DNA of 64,000 bases from Kudoa neothunni (Eukaryota; Animalia; Cnidaria): positions 16,847,469 to 16,911,468 of the forward strand of contig OZ199838.1 in the NCBI GenBank assembly GCA_964304625.1, given 5' to 3'. A program made the translations under genes and the position numbers. Below are positions 25,701-38,999 of the stretch, in pieces. The first letter of the stretch is position 1. Each line of letters starts with the position of its first letter. Below the pieces are notes generated by a model. The model did no database searches, was not told where the DNA came from, and saw only the letters and a program-made list of their open reading frames with translations.

Positions 25701-25808
25701 TGCCGATATTTGAACTAACCGTTTTATAGAATCATTATTACGTGTGTTGTTGTGGTTGTGGTCGTAGCGATTGTTGGAATCGTGGTACTGAAGAAAAAAA
25801 GAGATTAA
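22779..25808 (+). CDS. Surface-protein family copy C (divergent, single copy, in the palindrome spacer)
   Basis: MKIAGFIYLALG.. signal peptide; same 10-exon layout; shared motifs SPRTKY, LLVNP, HYEMRCENYPSFFY, ILIQTRH, NFKEHIFIRT, CKWELRNS; micro-exons of 19 and 18 nt; TM IIIITCVVVVVVVAIVGIVVL-KKKRD*. The intron-1 donor is ambiguous (GT 22825 or GC 22813). Confidence 0.88.
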
Positions 25809-26782
25809 ATTAATTTTCGTTAATTATAGTTTATAGGTAGTATTTATGATAGAAATTATTCGATCACGTTTCATAGCATGCATTATTTGATATTTTAAGT
25901 TATTAGCTGAATTAATTATTTTTTTCTAATTATGTGATTTAAAAATTTTTCTCTCCGTTTTATATTAACTTTGAATTAGTTTTTGTGACTCTAACTGTAG
26001 TTATAATTTTTATTAATTTCAAGTCTGATCAAATTATGTTAATGAATTTCCGGGTTAAAATATTAATATCTTCAGTTTTATTTTATCGGAAAAAATTATC
26101 ATAAAAAATTTAAATTAGAAAATTTTCATTATCTAATTGCGCAAACTGCCCATCTTCACACGGGATTTATAAAATTTTATCATAGAGGAATAAAGTGAAA
26201 AAATAAATAAATATAAGACTCTTGATTAGCCCTGAGGAGAGATTAAATAAATTATATATATATCATACATTTAACGACTATGATGGCACAGTAAAAAATT
26301 GAGATCATTTCAGAGAGATAATGAAAGTATAAAAACCTGAATAAATCGATAACAACTTACGATAATTCATTTTTATTGCTCAAATTAATCTTTATCCGAC
26401 ACATTTTTATACACTCTCTCCTCAAAACTGTTGTGTAGCCCCTTAATATAAACAAAAATATGTTAAATAATTATATAAAGTAAGATTTCAACCTATACAT
26501 GAACTCTTGTCGCTTAAAATTAAGCCTAACAGTCGCTATAATGAACTTTTCATATTTTTTATATATTAAATTCCACCTATAGAACTTATAAAGTGTATTT
26601 ATCAAGCCAAGTATACTAAAAGTTCCAAAAATAAGGAATTTATTTTAGGACACATCTACTTTAAATGTACAGATAGTTAAACGATAAAAAATGTATATTG
26701 AAATCGTGGATATATAGCTTAAGGTTGAACTACTATAAACGTTCTAAACAACTTGCAGAAGTTCAGTATAGATAAATGTCGC

Positions 26783-27785
26783 GGCTAAACTACAGCATGT
26801 GTGTACCAACTTTGGAATTCGATGAGAACGCTTATTAAAAATCGGCAATATATTTAATTTGTATATAATATCAATAAATATCTACAAAGTATGCTTAATT
26901 CTCGTTTATAATACTTCCTTCGAAAAAGGTAGTCTGATATATACTCAGGCAAGGTTTCTGGGGTTTCGTTTGTGGCTTTTTTGTATTTAGGTTTAAAAGC
27001 GCCCCAAATAGACTCAATCCGGTTGTTGTGGACTTCGTCACTTGAAACAAACTGTCGTTTATAGATAACTCTTCCATGAACGAAGCAAAAACTTTCCAAT
27101 CTATTGTATCCGACCCAACCTTAAGTCCATATTGTGGATCTTTCTTCTGCGTTTTCAACTATGTTCTCAAGAAAATTCTAATTCCTGTAACGGGATATTT
27201 TAAAAAAAACTCACAACTTTCTTCTATTCCCCCAATTAACCAGAATTGTTTGTTCTTTAAAATTCTCCCTGCGTTGTATTTTCTTTTGAAGGCAGCAGTC
27301 TCATCGATTTGAACTACAACGTGCTTGCCTCCAATTTTTGTGCACTTTTTATCCAATTTCGAAGCCATCAAATCTCGAATTACACTCACCAACCTGTTAT
27401 GGTAAAAAAGAATGCGATATCGACACGATGTTGTATTTCTTCATTGGTGGCGCTGGGACTTCGGACAGTGTTGAGGAGAAAGGGAAAAACATTTCCACAA
27501 TGGAAGTTTTGATAGTTAGAAAATATTATATTCACCAATGTCCTTCCTTGCCACCATTTTCATTATCGAGCCACAAAAACCTTTAAGCTAACACCTCAAA
27601 AGTCCAATATTGATCATAGTTTCAATTGTATAATTTATATCATCTCGAAGATAATCATAATAAAGTATTGTTATGGTATCTATACTTTCCAATGTGAATT
27701 CTCTTTTAAACTCGACATGGCGCGAAAATTTACCGAGAATATGCAATACCTTCCGAAGCCAGTACATGTATTCTATAGTTTTGCC
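26783..27785 (-). mobile_element. Merlin/ISXO2-like DNA transposon, degenerate
   Basis: KIGGKHVVVQIDETAAFKRKYNAGR, VHNNRIESIWGAFK; imperfect TIRs GGCTAAACTACAGCATGTGTGTAC / GGCAAAACTATAGAATACATGTAC. Confidence 0.8.
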
Positions 27786-28179
27786 ATTTTCGTGAGCAAC
27801 AAGGCATTAAAATCATTTATGTACCTTTTATTTATTTATTTATTTATTTAATACTTACATTCTTGGAAAATTTTTGCTAAATATTAAGATAAAATTTTGT
27901 AGAATTATAAATATAGGTTTTTGAATTTTTCCTATTCAGTGAATCGCTTAAAAACTTACATATAATTTTTATAGGTATCATTTATGATGGTTTTTCCAAA
28001 AAAGTGAATTTTTAGTTAATGATTCAAGAAACTTTTCTCTATGAAACTGGTTGCATAATACAATATTTTTCATGTTTAATTATGTATGATAATTGGAAAA
28101 AAAAATTAAATAAAATATTTACTAATAAAGTAATAACACAAGAATTTAATGCTTTCGGATTTTTTTAGAAATTGTTTCT

Positions 28180-28448
28180 GATGTTACAAGATTTTTATGT
28201 TTCCGCATTATCAGTGAGCTGACAGTAATCCTGTTCCTATGCTGTTAACGCTGTACGAATTAGTTCCGCCAGGTGTTTGTTTGTGAGGAAGGGATCTGCG
28301 ATGCTTCGACTTTACAAACTTCATCGTTGAATATTTAGTTCCTTTTTAAATTAATTTATACACTAACTTTTTTATTGTACCAAAAATGTTAGAAAAAACA
28401 CTTAGTCAACAATGTGGCCCGCAGAACTAAAAGTAATGCCCACCACTG
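28180..28448 (-). mobile_element. hAT (Charlie/Buster-like) fragment
   Basis: Minus-strand MKFVKSKHR..LTNKHLAELIRTA resembles the Buster C-terminus; TIR-like GTGGCCCGC..GCCCACCACTG ending at 28448. Confidence 0.4.
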
Positions 28449-28619
28449 ATTCAACCGATATATAGATTAATTGCGTGTAATCCCTAATTAATACGTCCTT
28501 GTGTGTTTGGGCCAAACATATGATAACAAATTATTTAATGTATATAATTCTAACAATTTTAATTATTTATTTAATGAGATAACTTATTATAAATTTTTGT
28601 ACGCACAAGCGTTATTTTT

Positions 28620-29480
28620 ATCAACCAAACTAAGATCACGGAATATAATATTGTACAATTCCGAAAATATTGACAACCACAAATTCGAGGATATTGTTTA
28701 TTTTAAGAATAATCTACAGAAGTTAGTATTATTTCTACAAGAATTTGGACTTTTATCCAAGATCAGAATTTGTTCTTATGGAAATATTGTGAAATTGTAT
28801 CTATGGATATAGCTTCCGCTGCAAGAGGAAAAATTGCCACAGAGAATCCTCATTAAGAGCGGAGTCATTTTGTTCGAATTCGCACCTCTCTTTATATTCC
28901 CCCATAAAATTTATATATTTGTGGTGTAGAGGTGTAACGACCCAAGAATTTCTAATGCGAGAATGTGACATTGGGCCTGCCAATACAGTAGTCGATTGGA
29001 AACATTTTCTGAGACGTGTGCCTCTCTTATTTTTTGGAAAACCCGATCAAAATTGGAGGTCCTGGAATTAAAGTCTAGATCGATGAAGGTCTCATCTGTA
29101 AAAGGAAATTCGGCGGTGGCAGAATTCTACAAAATCAGAGTGTTTGGATTGTAAGTGGCATTGATGAAAATGGAAATGTTGAAGGATGGTCCATAATTCA
29201 TTCCGATGGATGGTGTGGTTACGCATGATTAAACGAACTTGGGTATCTTCATGAGACCGTTATTCATGACAAAGAATTTGTCTCCTCAACAGGTGTACAC
29301 ACTAACCGGATTGAAGGTATATGGAGTATCTTCAAACGGAAGTATAGAAGTGTCACCAACAAAAAAAAAGATATGATTTCTTCATATATATCTGAATGGT
29401 GCTTTCGAAGAGTCAGCAAAGACAAACTCTTAACTAAATTAATTAGACAAATTAAAAGCATATATAATTTTAATTATAGT
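28620..29480 (+). mobile_element. Merlin/ISXO2-like transposase pseudogene
   Basis: Manual translation: KIGGPGIKV*IDEGLICKRKFGGGR, IHSDGW, VHTNRIEGIWSIFKRKYR, YISEWCFRR; stops and an internal deletion; ends not defined. Confidence 0.75.
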
Positions 29481-30749
29481 TATTTTCTTCTCATAAATTT
29501 TCGTGATATTACGAGAATATTTATCTCTATACAAGACACAACGTTAAGTGATCTTATTGGTATTAATTATCATATTCACTTAATTTTTATATATTTTATG
29601 ATTAAGTTTAAAAAAATTTAATACTTAACTAAAAATATCATATTAAAGTTAGTACATTCCAATTGTTCGATTTTAGCTTGTTTGAAACTTGAATCGTTTA
29701 ATTAAGTTGGATCAAATAATAATTAAACTAAGAAAGGTTTAGATTTGAGTCTGTAATAGACAGAAAATATACGTTTTTTACGTCTTTAAGTAAGCATATT
29801 CATCATCAATTAATTATTTCACGTTTCCTCTAACCTACTAGTCTAATATAAAAAATATATTTTTGCAAAATAATTTTTCGCTTGAAAAAGTTACTATATA
29901 AGAAAGGTAACTTATGAAATCAATTATTCAAAATTCTAGTTGCAGACATTATTAGGTGTCATCCACTGAATAATGTCACATGATTTCGTTTATTATCTAA
30001 TTTTTATAAAAATTAACTTGTGATATTTAATTATTAAAATATAATTAATCTATGCTTTTTCAATTTTATTGTAATAGTTATTTGTTTTCATAATTTTAAG
30101 CCAACACTCTACAAATATGTGTTTATGTGTAATTTGCGCGTGCGTATTTTACAATATCCAAAACGTATATTTCTCTTTAATATAATTAGTAGGTGTAACA
30201 TGCGGTTTAATATTATGTCACATTAATAAACTTATCGAAAATCACTATAAATTGAAAAAATCCTTGTTATTGCATAGTGTATAAGTCTAGCATAAATACA
30301 AAATAGTATTTTGTGTATTTTTGTAGTATTGGTATTATTACTGACAAATTAATTTCTTATATGGGAGGTGAATAAATATTAATTTTTTTAAACACATCCT
30401 AAAAAATATAAAACCTAAAAATTATAAATAACTTAACTTAAAAAAATAAATTGAAACAATTTTGGTGGAAAAAAAGATATAACTTTTTATTTCAAAAATA
30501 AAAAACAGGTACAAAAATTTATAAACTAAAATAGATTATTTCCAGTATTTTTACACTTATTAAATTACACTAAATAAAAAATATATATCTATAATAAGCG
30601 TTTTTCTTGATAATAAATGAAGAACTTAACTTTAATTATTTTGCTTCATACTATATTTAAGATAATTTTAAAAAGGTTTCAAATGGATACATCCTCGAAT
30701 AACCTACTAAAAGTGCAAAAATAATGCTGATTTTAAGACAAGGACCCGA

Positions 30750-33700
30750 ATAATAGAGATTGCACGTGGTTTCGATATCGCACGAAGCTGATTTTTTGTG
30801 AAATTTGTTGAGGAAATTTTAAGCTTATTTCTGAATTTTAATACGTAGATGAATGCATATAATTAAGATTTTTACCTTAATTTACTGGAATTTTTGAGCT
30901 ATGTTACCTCATATGTCATAATTTCATATTTTATTACCAAATAAAAATTTGGTATCAGTGTTTTTTTCAAAGATAATTAAATTGATTTAGGAAACAGAAC
31001 CTTTCTATATAAGTTACGCTATAGTCAAATCTGTCTAAACATTTTTTTAGAATGACAAAAATACTTTCCAACCCTAATTTTATGTCTAATAATTAGAAGT
31101 GAATTTTTTAAGTGGCTAAGTTAGGCCTGTTCAGTTTGCTTTTGAGATAATGCAAAATAACACATAATAAAGAGGAGTGAATTAAATTTATTCCAGAAGT
31201 GTCTTATTTTTAATATTATTAGTATGAACTACTAATTTTCTTAACGTGTTTGGTTCAAATCTATATCTAGCATGAATAAAATTTTTCCAGCGTATGAAAA
31301 CGTCCGTTCTGACATTGAGCTGGACGCTGGTCGGCTGTACACGTTAGTTGCAATTTTTTAAGATTTTCTGTCTTTGAGTTTTCCCAATAAACGAGCGGAT
31401 TTTCGTAAACTTTGTTGACTTTTTCTCGGATGTACAGTTGAATTTCTGATTGAAAATCTTCTGAGTCACTATCCAGTTCATAACATATTGAGTGGTTTTT
31501 CAAAGGATGGGGTTCTTTGGGATTAAGTCTAATTTTTTTCAATGTTTGTTAAAAGCAATGATTTACCGTCAAATTCTTTTTTAAGTAGATAATTTGGTTC
31601 AGCTATGCCAGAAAAAACGACTCAACGTGGTTTATCACGAAATTTAATTCTTTATTTCGCAGATCTACACAATAAATTTGAATTTTTTAAAATTTGGGTG
31701 GAGAAAAGCCGCGATTTTATGGTTGATATCAATATATTGTGTGTCTTTTTCGTCCAATAAACTTTCCAAATGCATGCAATAATCGCCCGTAAGATTTTTA
31801 TGTGGCTTTTTAATCATTGCTTTGATACGATGAAATACAATAAAAACCTAACGATAATATAAAACACGAAACTTAAACGAATTTCATCATGTGACGATGG
31901 TACCTTCACCCGCTCCAACTGATCACAGAAATCGGAAAATATTTTGAAAAATTCAACTACAACAACACATTCGTTCTTGTCCAATCCATCAAAGTACTTT
32001 TTAGCTGGATGATTCTCTATCACACCCTTCGAATTATCGAAACACGCCACTAACGTTCTATATCGATCGCAGAGACCTCTCCATGGTCGCGTAGCTGAGC
32101 CCCATTGTATTTTCACTGAAAATATAATGGACTGTAAATCAGCTGTTTTATGAACAGATCCGCACAGTTTGTCAACAATCACCCTTAGTACGGATAAACC
32201 GGATGTGCCGCTTGTGCTGAGATCCTAAGCTACACAATAAACAAGTCGAAATTAGATATTATAGCAAAAGCAAAATTTATTTATAAATTTATTTGTGATA
32301 AAAACATATAATCAATATATTAAAATAGATAAAAATAAATTATTTAAATTTAGATTATAACAGTTTTATCTTGATTTACCAAAAATAAGTATGAGAGATT
32401 AAGATAGCATATCGTTAAGTATATCACTTTAACATCAATTTAATACATAAAATACCTTGAGATATAATAGTGTTAAGGTGGTGAGCTGTACATCTGGTTG
32501 TGTTAAACTCTCTTAGACCCCGTAGATTGTTTTCTGCGGAATCATAAACAATTCTTAGATCAGATTTGTTAAGTTAAAATTTACTACAAAATTCCGTGCA
32601 GATTTTATTTATATTTTTTGCAATGCGTTTTACAGGAAAATAGATCATGTCGTATTGAAAATGTTGAAGGGTGAAATTTTTAACAAATAACACTGATATA
32701 TCAATGAATGAGTTGATTTTAGCATTATCAGTTCAAATATCAACGTTTAGGCTCATACTTATTCATAGTAATTTTTTAACGCATTTTTTTGATAAAAATT
32801 TAAGCCTAGCATTAGGTTCACTGAACTTTCTGTTTAAGAAAAATGCGAAGTTTATCATCTCAGTAAATGATGCACTTTCCGTTATTGAAAAAGAAGAGAT
32901 TGTTTCAACTACACAATTAGCAATTTTTGTGTCAAACATTACCAGATTTGACAAGCTTAAATCAACAATAGAGGGAGGTGAAACAAATATTTCACTAATT
33001 TTTATATCATTATTTGGTTGAGTATGTAATTTATTATGACTAATAAGTTTCCTATTCTCGTAAGAAGATTTATGCGGAAATGTTTTGTTGCACCTTGTGC
33101 AAACAATAAAATAAATTTAGGATGTTTCAACTCCGTCTTTAGTAAAGATGGTACAAAAATCGTCCCATTCTTTAGAATGCGATGTAGATTATTGCTAAGA
33201 GCAAAGTCTCCTAGCTTTCAAAGCCTCTTCAACAGTTTCCACACTCAAGTTTGACATAATGTAAATAAAAGCGAACACGAACACGAACAAATGGACAGTG
33301 TCTGCTAATGTTGTAAAAATAAGATATAAAATTAAAAAAAAATTCATAATAATGTAATGAGTGGTATTCAATTCTTTCTTTTCATAATAATCACTCCGAT
33401 TCCAATAGCAACGACTACGACTCCTGCTACTGCCGAAGCTATAATTCTAAGGAATAATAATCAAACATAATTAAACGTAATTAAAAATACATGGTATTTT
33501 TTGATCTAAATTAATATTAAAAATGAAAAAACTTACACAACTTACGTTGATTTCATTGTATCGTGAGATTCACCTAAAAATATTTTATCAAATTTAGTAA
33601 CTATTTTGTTTACCTTGCTTGATTATCGCATGACCGATTATTGTTGGATCACTGCTCACATATACAGTGAGATGATAATCACTAGTATCTTCTATGTTAA

Positions 33701-36700
33701 GAATTTCAAAACCCTTACATAATGGAAGGGTTTCACAACCACTGTCATTGGCACCGTTACACGATTTTACCAAACTCTTTCCATCTTCTGAAGAGTTACG
33801 TAACTCCCAACCACATGTGCTTTCCGGGGCATCGCTCCGAAGTAGAGCTGTAACTTTAAGCTTGTTCCCTTCGCGTTCTATGCCAATGATTACTTTTTTG
33901 TTGACATGTTCACTTATTGAAAAATTATCTAATATATTAAAAATTAATGAAAATAATTTCGTTAGAAGTATTATTAAAATCGAATTACTTTCAGGGATAT
34001 CAATAGTGATTTCCTCTGAACGACCACCAACGGCAGTTACCAACATCTGGTATTTTTTGGAACGATCGTAAAGATTAGTATATATTATTTCGGAACATGT
34101 AGGTAATTCAGTGCATGATGTTGTCGTGACAGTGTTATTTTCAGGGTTGGATGTAGGTTTTCGATCAGCAGCTGATCTAGCAACCTCAATTTTAGAAACC
34201 TTTGGTATGTTTTTAGGCTTGCTTGGAGTTGCTACTGTTTGGGGTGGAGTAGCTGGACATTCGTGGATCAACTCAAAATTTTTCCCCTTTTTAACTTTAA
34301 CTTTGTAGCTGCATAGAGCGAAGGGATCTGGTGTCGACAACGAACCCACCACTTTGAAACCTTTGTCCGTAAATTGTTTTTTAAGTGTCAGCTTTGACAT
34401 TACTATGAATTTAATCATTTTTTATCATTCAATTATTTCATACGTGTTTTTATTTGATGCTCTTTGAATCCATACTCTTTGTGAGCAACTATCTTAAGAT
34501 CGTATTCAGTTCCTGGAGTTAAACCAACAATTTGTTTAGTTTCTTTGCAAAAACCTCGGCAAGGATAACTATCAATGCACATTGCACATACATATATATC
34601 CTTTCCGCGAGGGCTGATATAATATGCACACGTTACGTCTTCTTTTGCGATTGTTCCACCTCCTGTAAGGGCTGTAATCACCGCCGTTGTCTCATCTATT
34701 ATTGGTGTTATGGCAGGGAATGTTGAGCCTGTGGCTTTTTCTACATATTTATTATACACAACATATTTATCAATTATTATACCAGTCCTAATGAATATAT
34801 GTTCTTTGAAATTTTCCGGTACGCCACCCGTACCATCTGCCCCAGGTGTTATTACAATAATGTATGGCTTCCCATTTGAAAGTTCTTTTATTACTAAGGC
34901 TGAAGTACAGTCATTAGAACAATTATCGTTATCTCCACATTTTGTTTCCCCGGTATTAGTAGGTGGTGGTTTGTCAGCAACGAAATGGGTGACAGTGCAA
35001 CTTGTAAATTTAGGATTTGAATCAGGTTTAAAGAGGCGCACATTTAAAGACAGATTTTCATGAGTTATGGCAGATATTAATTCACCATTGGCCGAAGTAG
35101 ATAAATTAACAACTATCCGAGCATAATTAAATATATAAATATTAAATTGTTACCGAATTTCGTTTGTGTATAACCTTCATATGCATTGTCGACTTTTTCT
35201 AGTGGAAAGTGTCTTGTTTGAATCAACACGTCTAATATTGTCTTTGATTCAGTAAAAGTAAGCTCTACATTATTGCAAGGAGCATAGCAAGGTTTTCCTT
35301 GTCCACCACAATTTGAAACATATTCGTTTGTAGTTCCTTCAGCATTAGCTTGGGATGACCCATCCCTAATACTAAAGCGACATATTTCGAAAGGAAATTT
35401 ATTCGTGAACTTAAGTGAATATTTATTTTTCTGAGCCGAAGCGTAAGCTACATAATATTGTGGTTTGTAAACATCAATTTTCGATAGAGTATAATTATTT
35501 TGAAGCTTATAAAAGAAACTTGGATAATTTTCACATTTCATTTCATAATAAGGTATCATTAAATCAAATTCTACTAAGTTTGATTCATTCGGGGTGGTGC
35601 AAGTACCTCCTTGCGTACCTGTCTTAAGCTCAACTCCTTTATAATATGCATGGCATTTAACTTGCGGACATGTGGTTGTGCTAAATTTCAATTTACTTTC
35701 TGCTGTAGTAGTCACAGCGACCTTTGGATTTGCAAGTAATCCTAAAAACATTTCAGTTTGAAGAATTTTTATTAATCATTTATTACGTAACTCGAGTCCA
35801 AATACAGTTCCTCCATTGCTTTTCCCAGCGGCGTCTGTAGCATCATTACCTTTAAAAACAACAATATATTTCGTTCTTGGTGAAAATTTATCAAATCCCA
35901 GCTTATTGTCACTTCCCAAGCATTTTCTAACACATTTATTTGGACCATTAGTTTTATCTGTTTCAGGACAAGGATTTATATCTTCATATAATGTAGCTCC
36001 ATCATTCGACTTTTTAATCTGGCAGTAACTTTCCCCGCTGTATGCGCTTCCGCTCAATATAAGTTGAACTTTCTTTTCATTATTATCTTCTACTATTTGA
36101 TATCTGAGTTCATTCGTAGGAGTTTGACCCTCAACTTGACCTTCCCCGACGGATACATTCTGAAAAGTGCATTTGACTATACTTTATTCAATTTAACCGC
36201 AAATAAATATTCCTAATTACATAGAGCAAGAAAAAATACTCCCAGTTGGAAAAGTGAACTCCTCATTATATTTTTTTATAATGTATAGACGAAAATATTC
36301 GTTATATTTAATAAATGCTTCAATCTAATTGAGTTTGGTAAATAGTATGAATGTTATTAACAATTTATAAGTAACAAACAATATAGGATTAAAAATAATA
36401 ATGTAGTTATTATTAAATTATAATTCTATTTTATAATCCCTACCAAAAAATGAATACTCACCATATCAATGAGTGTTTAGTTTACTTTTTTATACATTAT
36501 TTTTATAAAAAGTAATTTGATATTTTTTCCTTTAATAATAACATGTTTTTACTACTATTCATATGTATTTAAATTAGATAACTATTCGTACACCTAAACC
36601 ATGTGTAGATTAATTTTTCTAGAAATGGGTTCGGATATGAAATTTAGCTTAATACATTTATAACTTATATTTAATTAGTTATCATATATATATATATATA

Positions 36701-36720
36701 TAGAAATTCGAAAACTAGAA
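30750..36720 (-). repeat. Inner right arm (inverted B unit)
   Basis: Reverse-complement match to ~12140-18350. Confidence 0.93.
33368..36266 (-). CDS. Surface-protein family copy B2 (mosaic of B1-like and B3-like sequence)
   Basis: ATG at 36266 (MRSSLFQLGVFFLAL|FKCTFQN); same introns as B1; 3' half matches B1 (ORF translations identical, constant coordinate sum 48860). Confidence 0.9.
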
Positions 36721-37120
36721 TTCTTATTAGAAAGCCAGCATATGTTTTGTAGTCATAAAACAGGTTTCGGTGTAATGCTTTTACCTTCAATGTGTGCTCA
36801 AGAGCCATCGATTAATTTATTTACATACAAGCAAATTTTATTTATTCTATTGATAGGATAATAATTAATAATTTTTTAAGATTGTGAATTATACCTAAAG
36901 ATATGATCATCCATTCGATTTCATGAGTTTTGAAAAAATGATTTAAATTTTCAATTTTTAGCGCGCTTATTTTTTAAATTAATATAAACCATTGTATTAT
37001 AAGTAAGTGATTAGGTTAAACTTAATAAAGTTTGAAATGGCCAGGATAATATTTTTTAAAAATGTTGTTTTTATCCAAATGCAACTCGTATAAAAAGCTT
37101 TTTTAATTTTTTCTAATTAA

Positions 37121-38107
37121 CCCTCTAAGCTAGCGCAAAATTCCATCCTTTAACGATCTTGGGATAAAAAACATTCCTGGCTTTTTTTGCTTAAATTTAC
37201 TCAAAAAATAATTTCGAGTTTGTTTGAAAATTTTTAGTAGATTCTATCAATAGAATTTGGAGTATATTTACATCTATTACAAAACTCGATCTGGTTCGGC
37301 ATGGCTTGGATCAATCAACGTGGATTATTTTCAACGGATGGTAAGGTCTTGCGTTAAGTGTAGCGGGCACGCGAATAAAGACAATGTGAGAAAACAACAA
37401 TCTGGTCGCCAGAGAACCCGGACTTTGCCGAGGGGGGCTACATAAGTAGTGGAAAAAACAAGTTATTATCCGACTCACCACTAAGTGACTGGATATCATC
37501 AACAAATTCACTGAAAGTACTTATCTTAATTCACCCACCAGAATGATCCAACTAGTCCAAGCTTGCTCAAATAATCCCATTTTTTTACATTACCAAAATT
37601 GGCGCATAATTAAAATAAAATCTCTGATGAAGTATTCTTCAACATTATAATTCAAAAATAAACTGTTGTTGGTTAAAAAACCCGATATATGTGATAAAAT
37701 CGATGTTTCTACGTCCATCTGATAGGAGAACCCCAATATTATACCAACGGAAATTTAAAGTGATCGACGAAGAATGCTACATTGGATTAGGTGAGATACT
37801 AATTGCATATTTTCATCGAAATTTGTCGATATAATTTTACAGGAGTTTCTCATTTAATTATTTATAATTTTGCAAGTTAATATAAGCAAAAAAAACTCTG
37901 GGATGTGATTCACCCCAAGTCCATTATATGATGGAATTTTTTTGAGCATGACCTGAACTTACATTTTAGCCAAGTTTTTGATAGGTGGTACGTTTAATAA
38001 ACATAGGAGAATAGTGTAAATTTAAACTTTCTATATGAAGGTCATAGAATTTTATTCCCAGATTAAATGTGGTTTGGGGTGTAATACACCCCAAATCCGT
38101 TAGAGGG
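37121..38107. mobile_element. Non-autonomous piggyBac-type element (987 bp)
   Basis: TTAA|CCCTCTAA ... TTAGAGGG|TTAA; subterminal palindromic repeats GGGATGTGATTCACCCCA (~37900) and GGGGTGTAATACACCCCA (~38077). Confidence 0.8.
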
Positions 38108-38999
38108 TTAATTATTTACATGAAATTTTCATCTCATTAAAGTCAGAATACAAAATAGTGTCTCATTTTTTGCTATATAACCTTTCTTAGAAATTTTCTG
38201 TGTCGAAAATTTGTTTCGTAGAAAACAACTTCATATACTTCATCTTACATTTGACTATTTAAAATAATACTAACTGTCACTTTCTACTTCCATTGCATTT
38301 TATGCGAAAATAAATTTTTTAAATTCTATATTACACGAAACTCATTAATCGTCATTTTTCTGTACTACAAAATTAATATTTAAGAGTCAATTAAATTAAC
38401 GTCTTTTTGTTCATAGAACCACTTTAGTTACAGCGCCGTAGATCCCTAAAAATTATAAGGTGTCTTTAAACATTATAACTTAAAGGTTAAATATTGACTG
38501 AACATTTAAAAGGCTCAGAAAAAATCTTGAGTGAAATTGCGAGCCAAATTTATTATACCACCAATATTAAAATGAAAAATTCCCCAAATAAAAAAGTTTC
38601 TCCGCAATTAATATACACTTTCTTTTGACTCTGTCAATAAAATTAAAGTTCTGATATTATATCGCATTAGCCAGTCGGCAAATAAATAGATTATGCGTTC
38701 TTAGTCACAAAAATGGTAACGGCGTTGCCAATCTTGTCCAATTTTTTCTTTTTTTTTTGAAAGGGTACATAATCGCAAAGCGTTGTACCAAAAGTAAGAA
38801 ATTATCGAACACTCAAAAAAATTGAAATATAGTCGTTGTTGTTTTAATCATGAGAAATCTTCAAATAGATATTGTTATTACTAGAAAAATATTTTATTTC
38901 AAAATTAAATATGCGAAGTCAAAGCCCACAAACGACAATTTAAAATTATAAATTTGAATAACTCATCCCTAAAGCCCAAAGAAAATGGAATTCAGGCTA

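Noticed and set aside
36684-36702. (TA)n microsatellite
   Set aside because: Trivial in AT-rich DNA.
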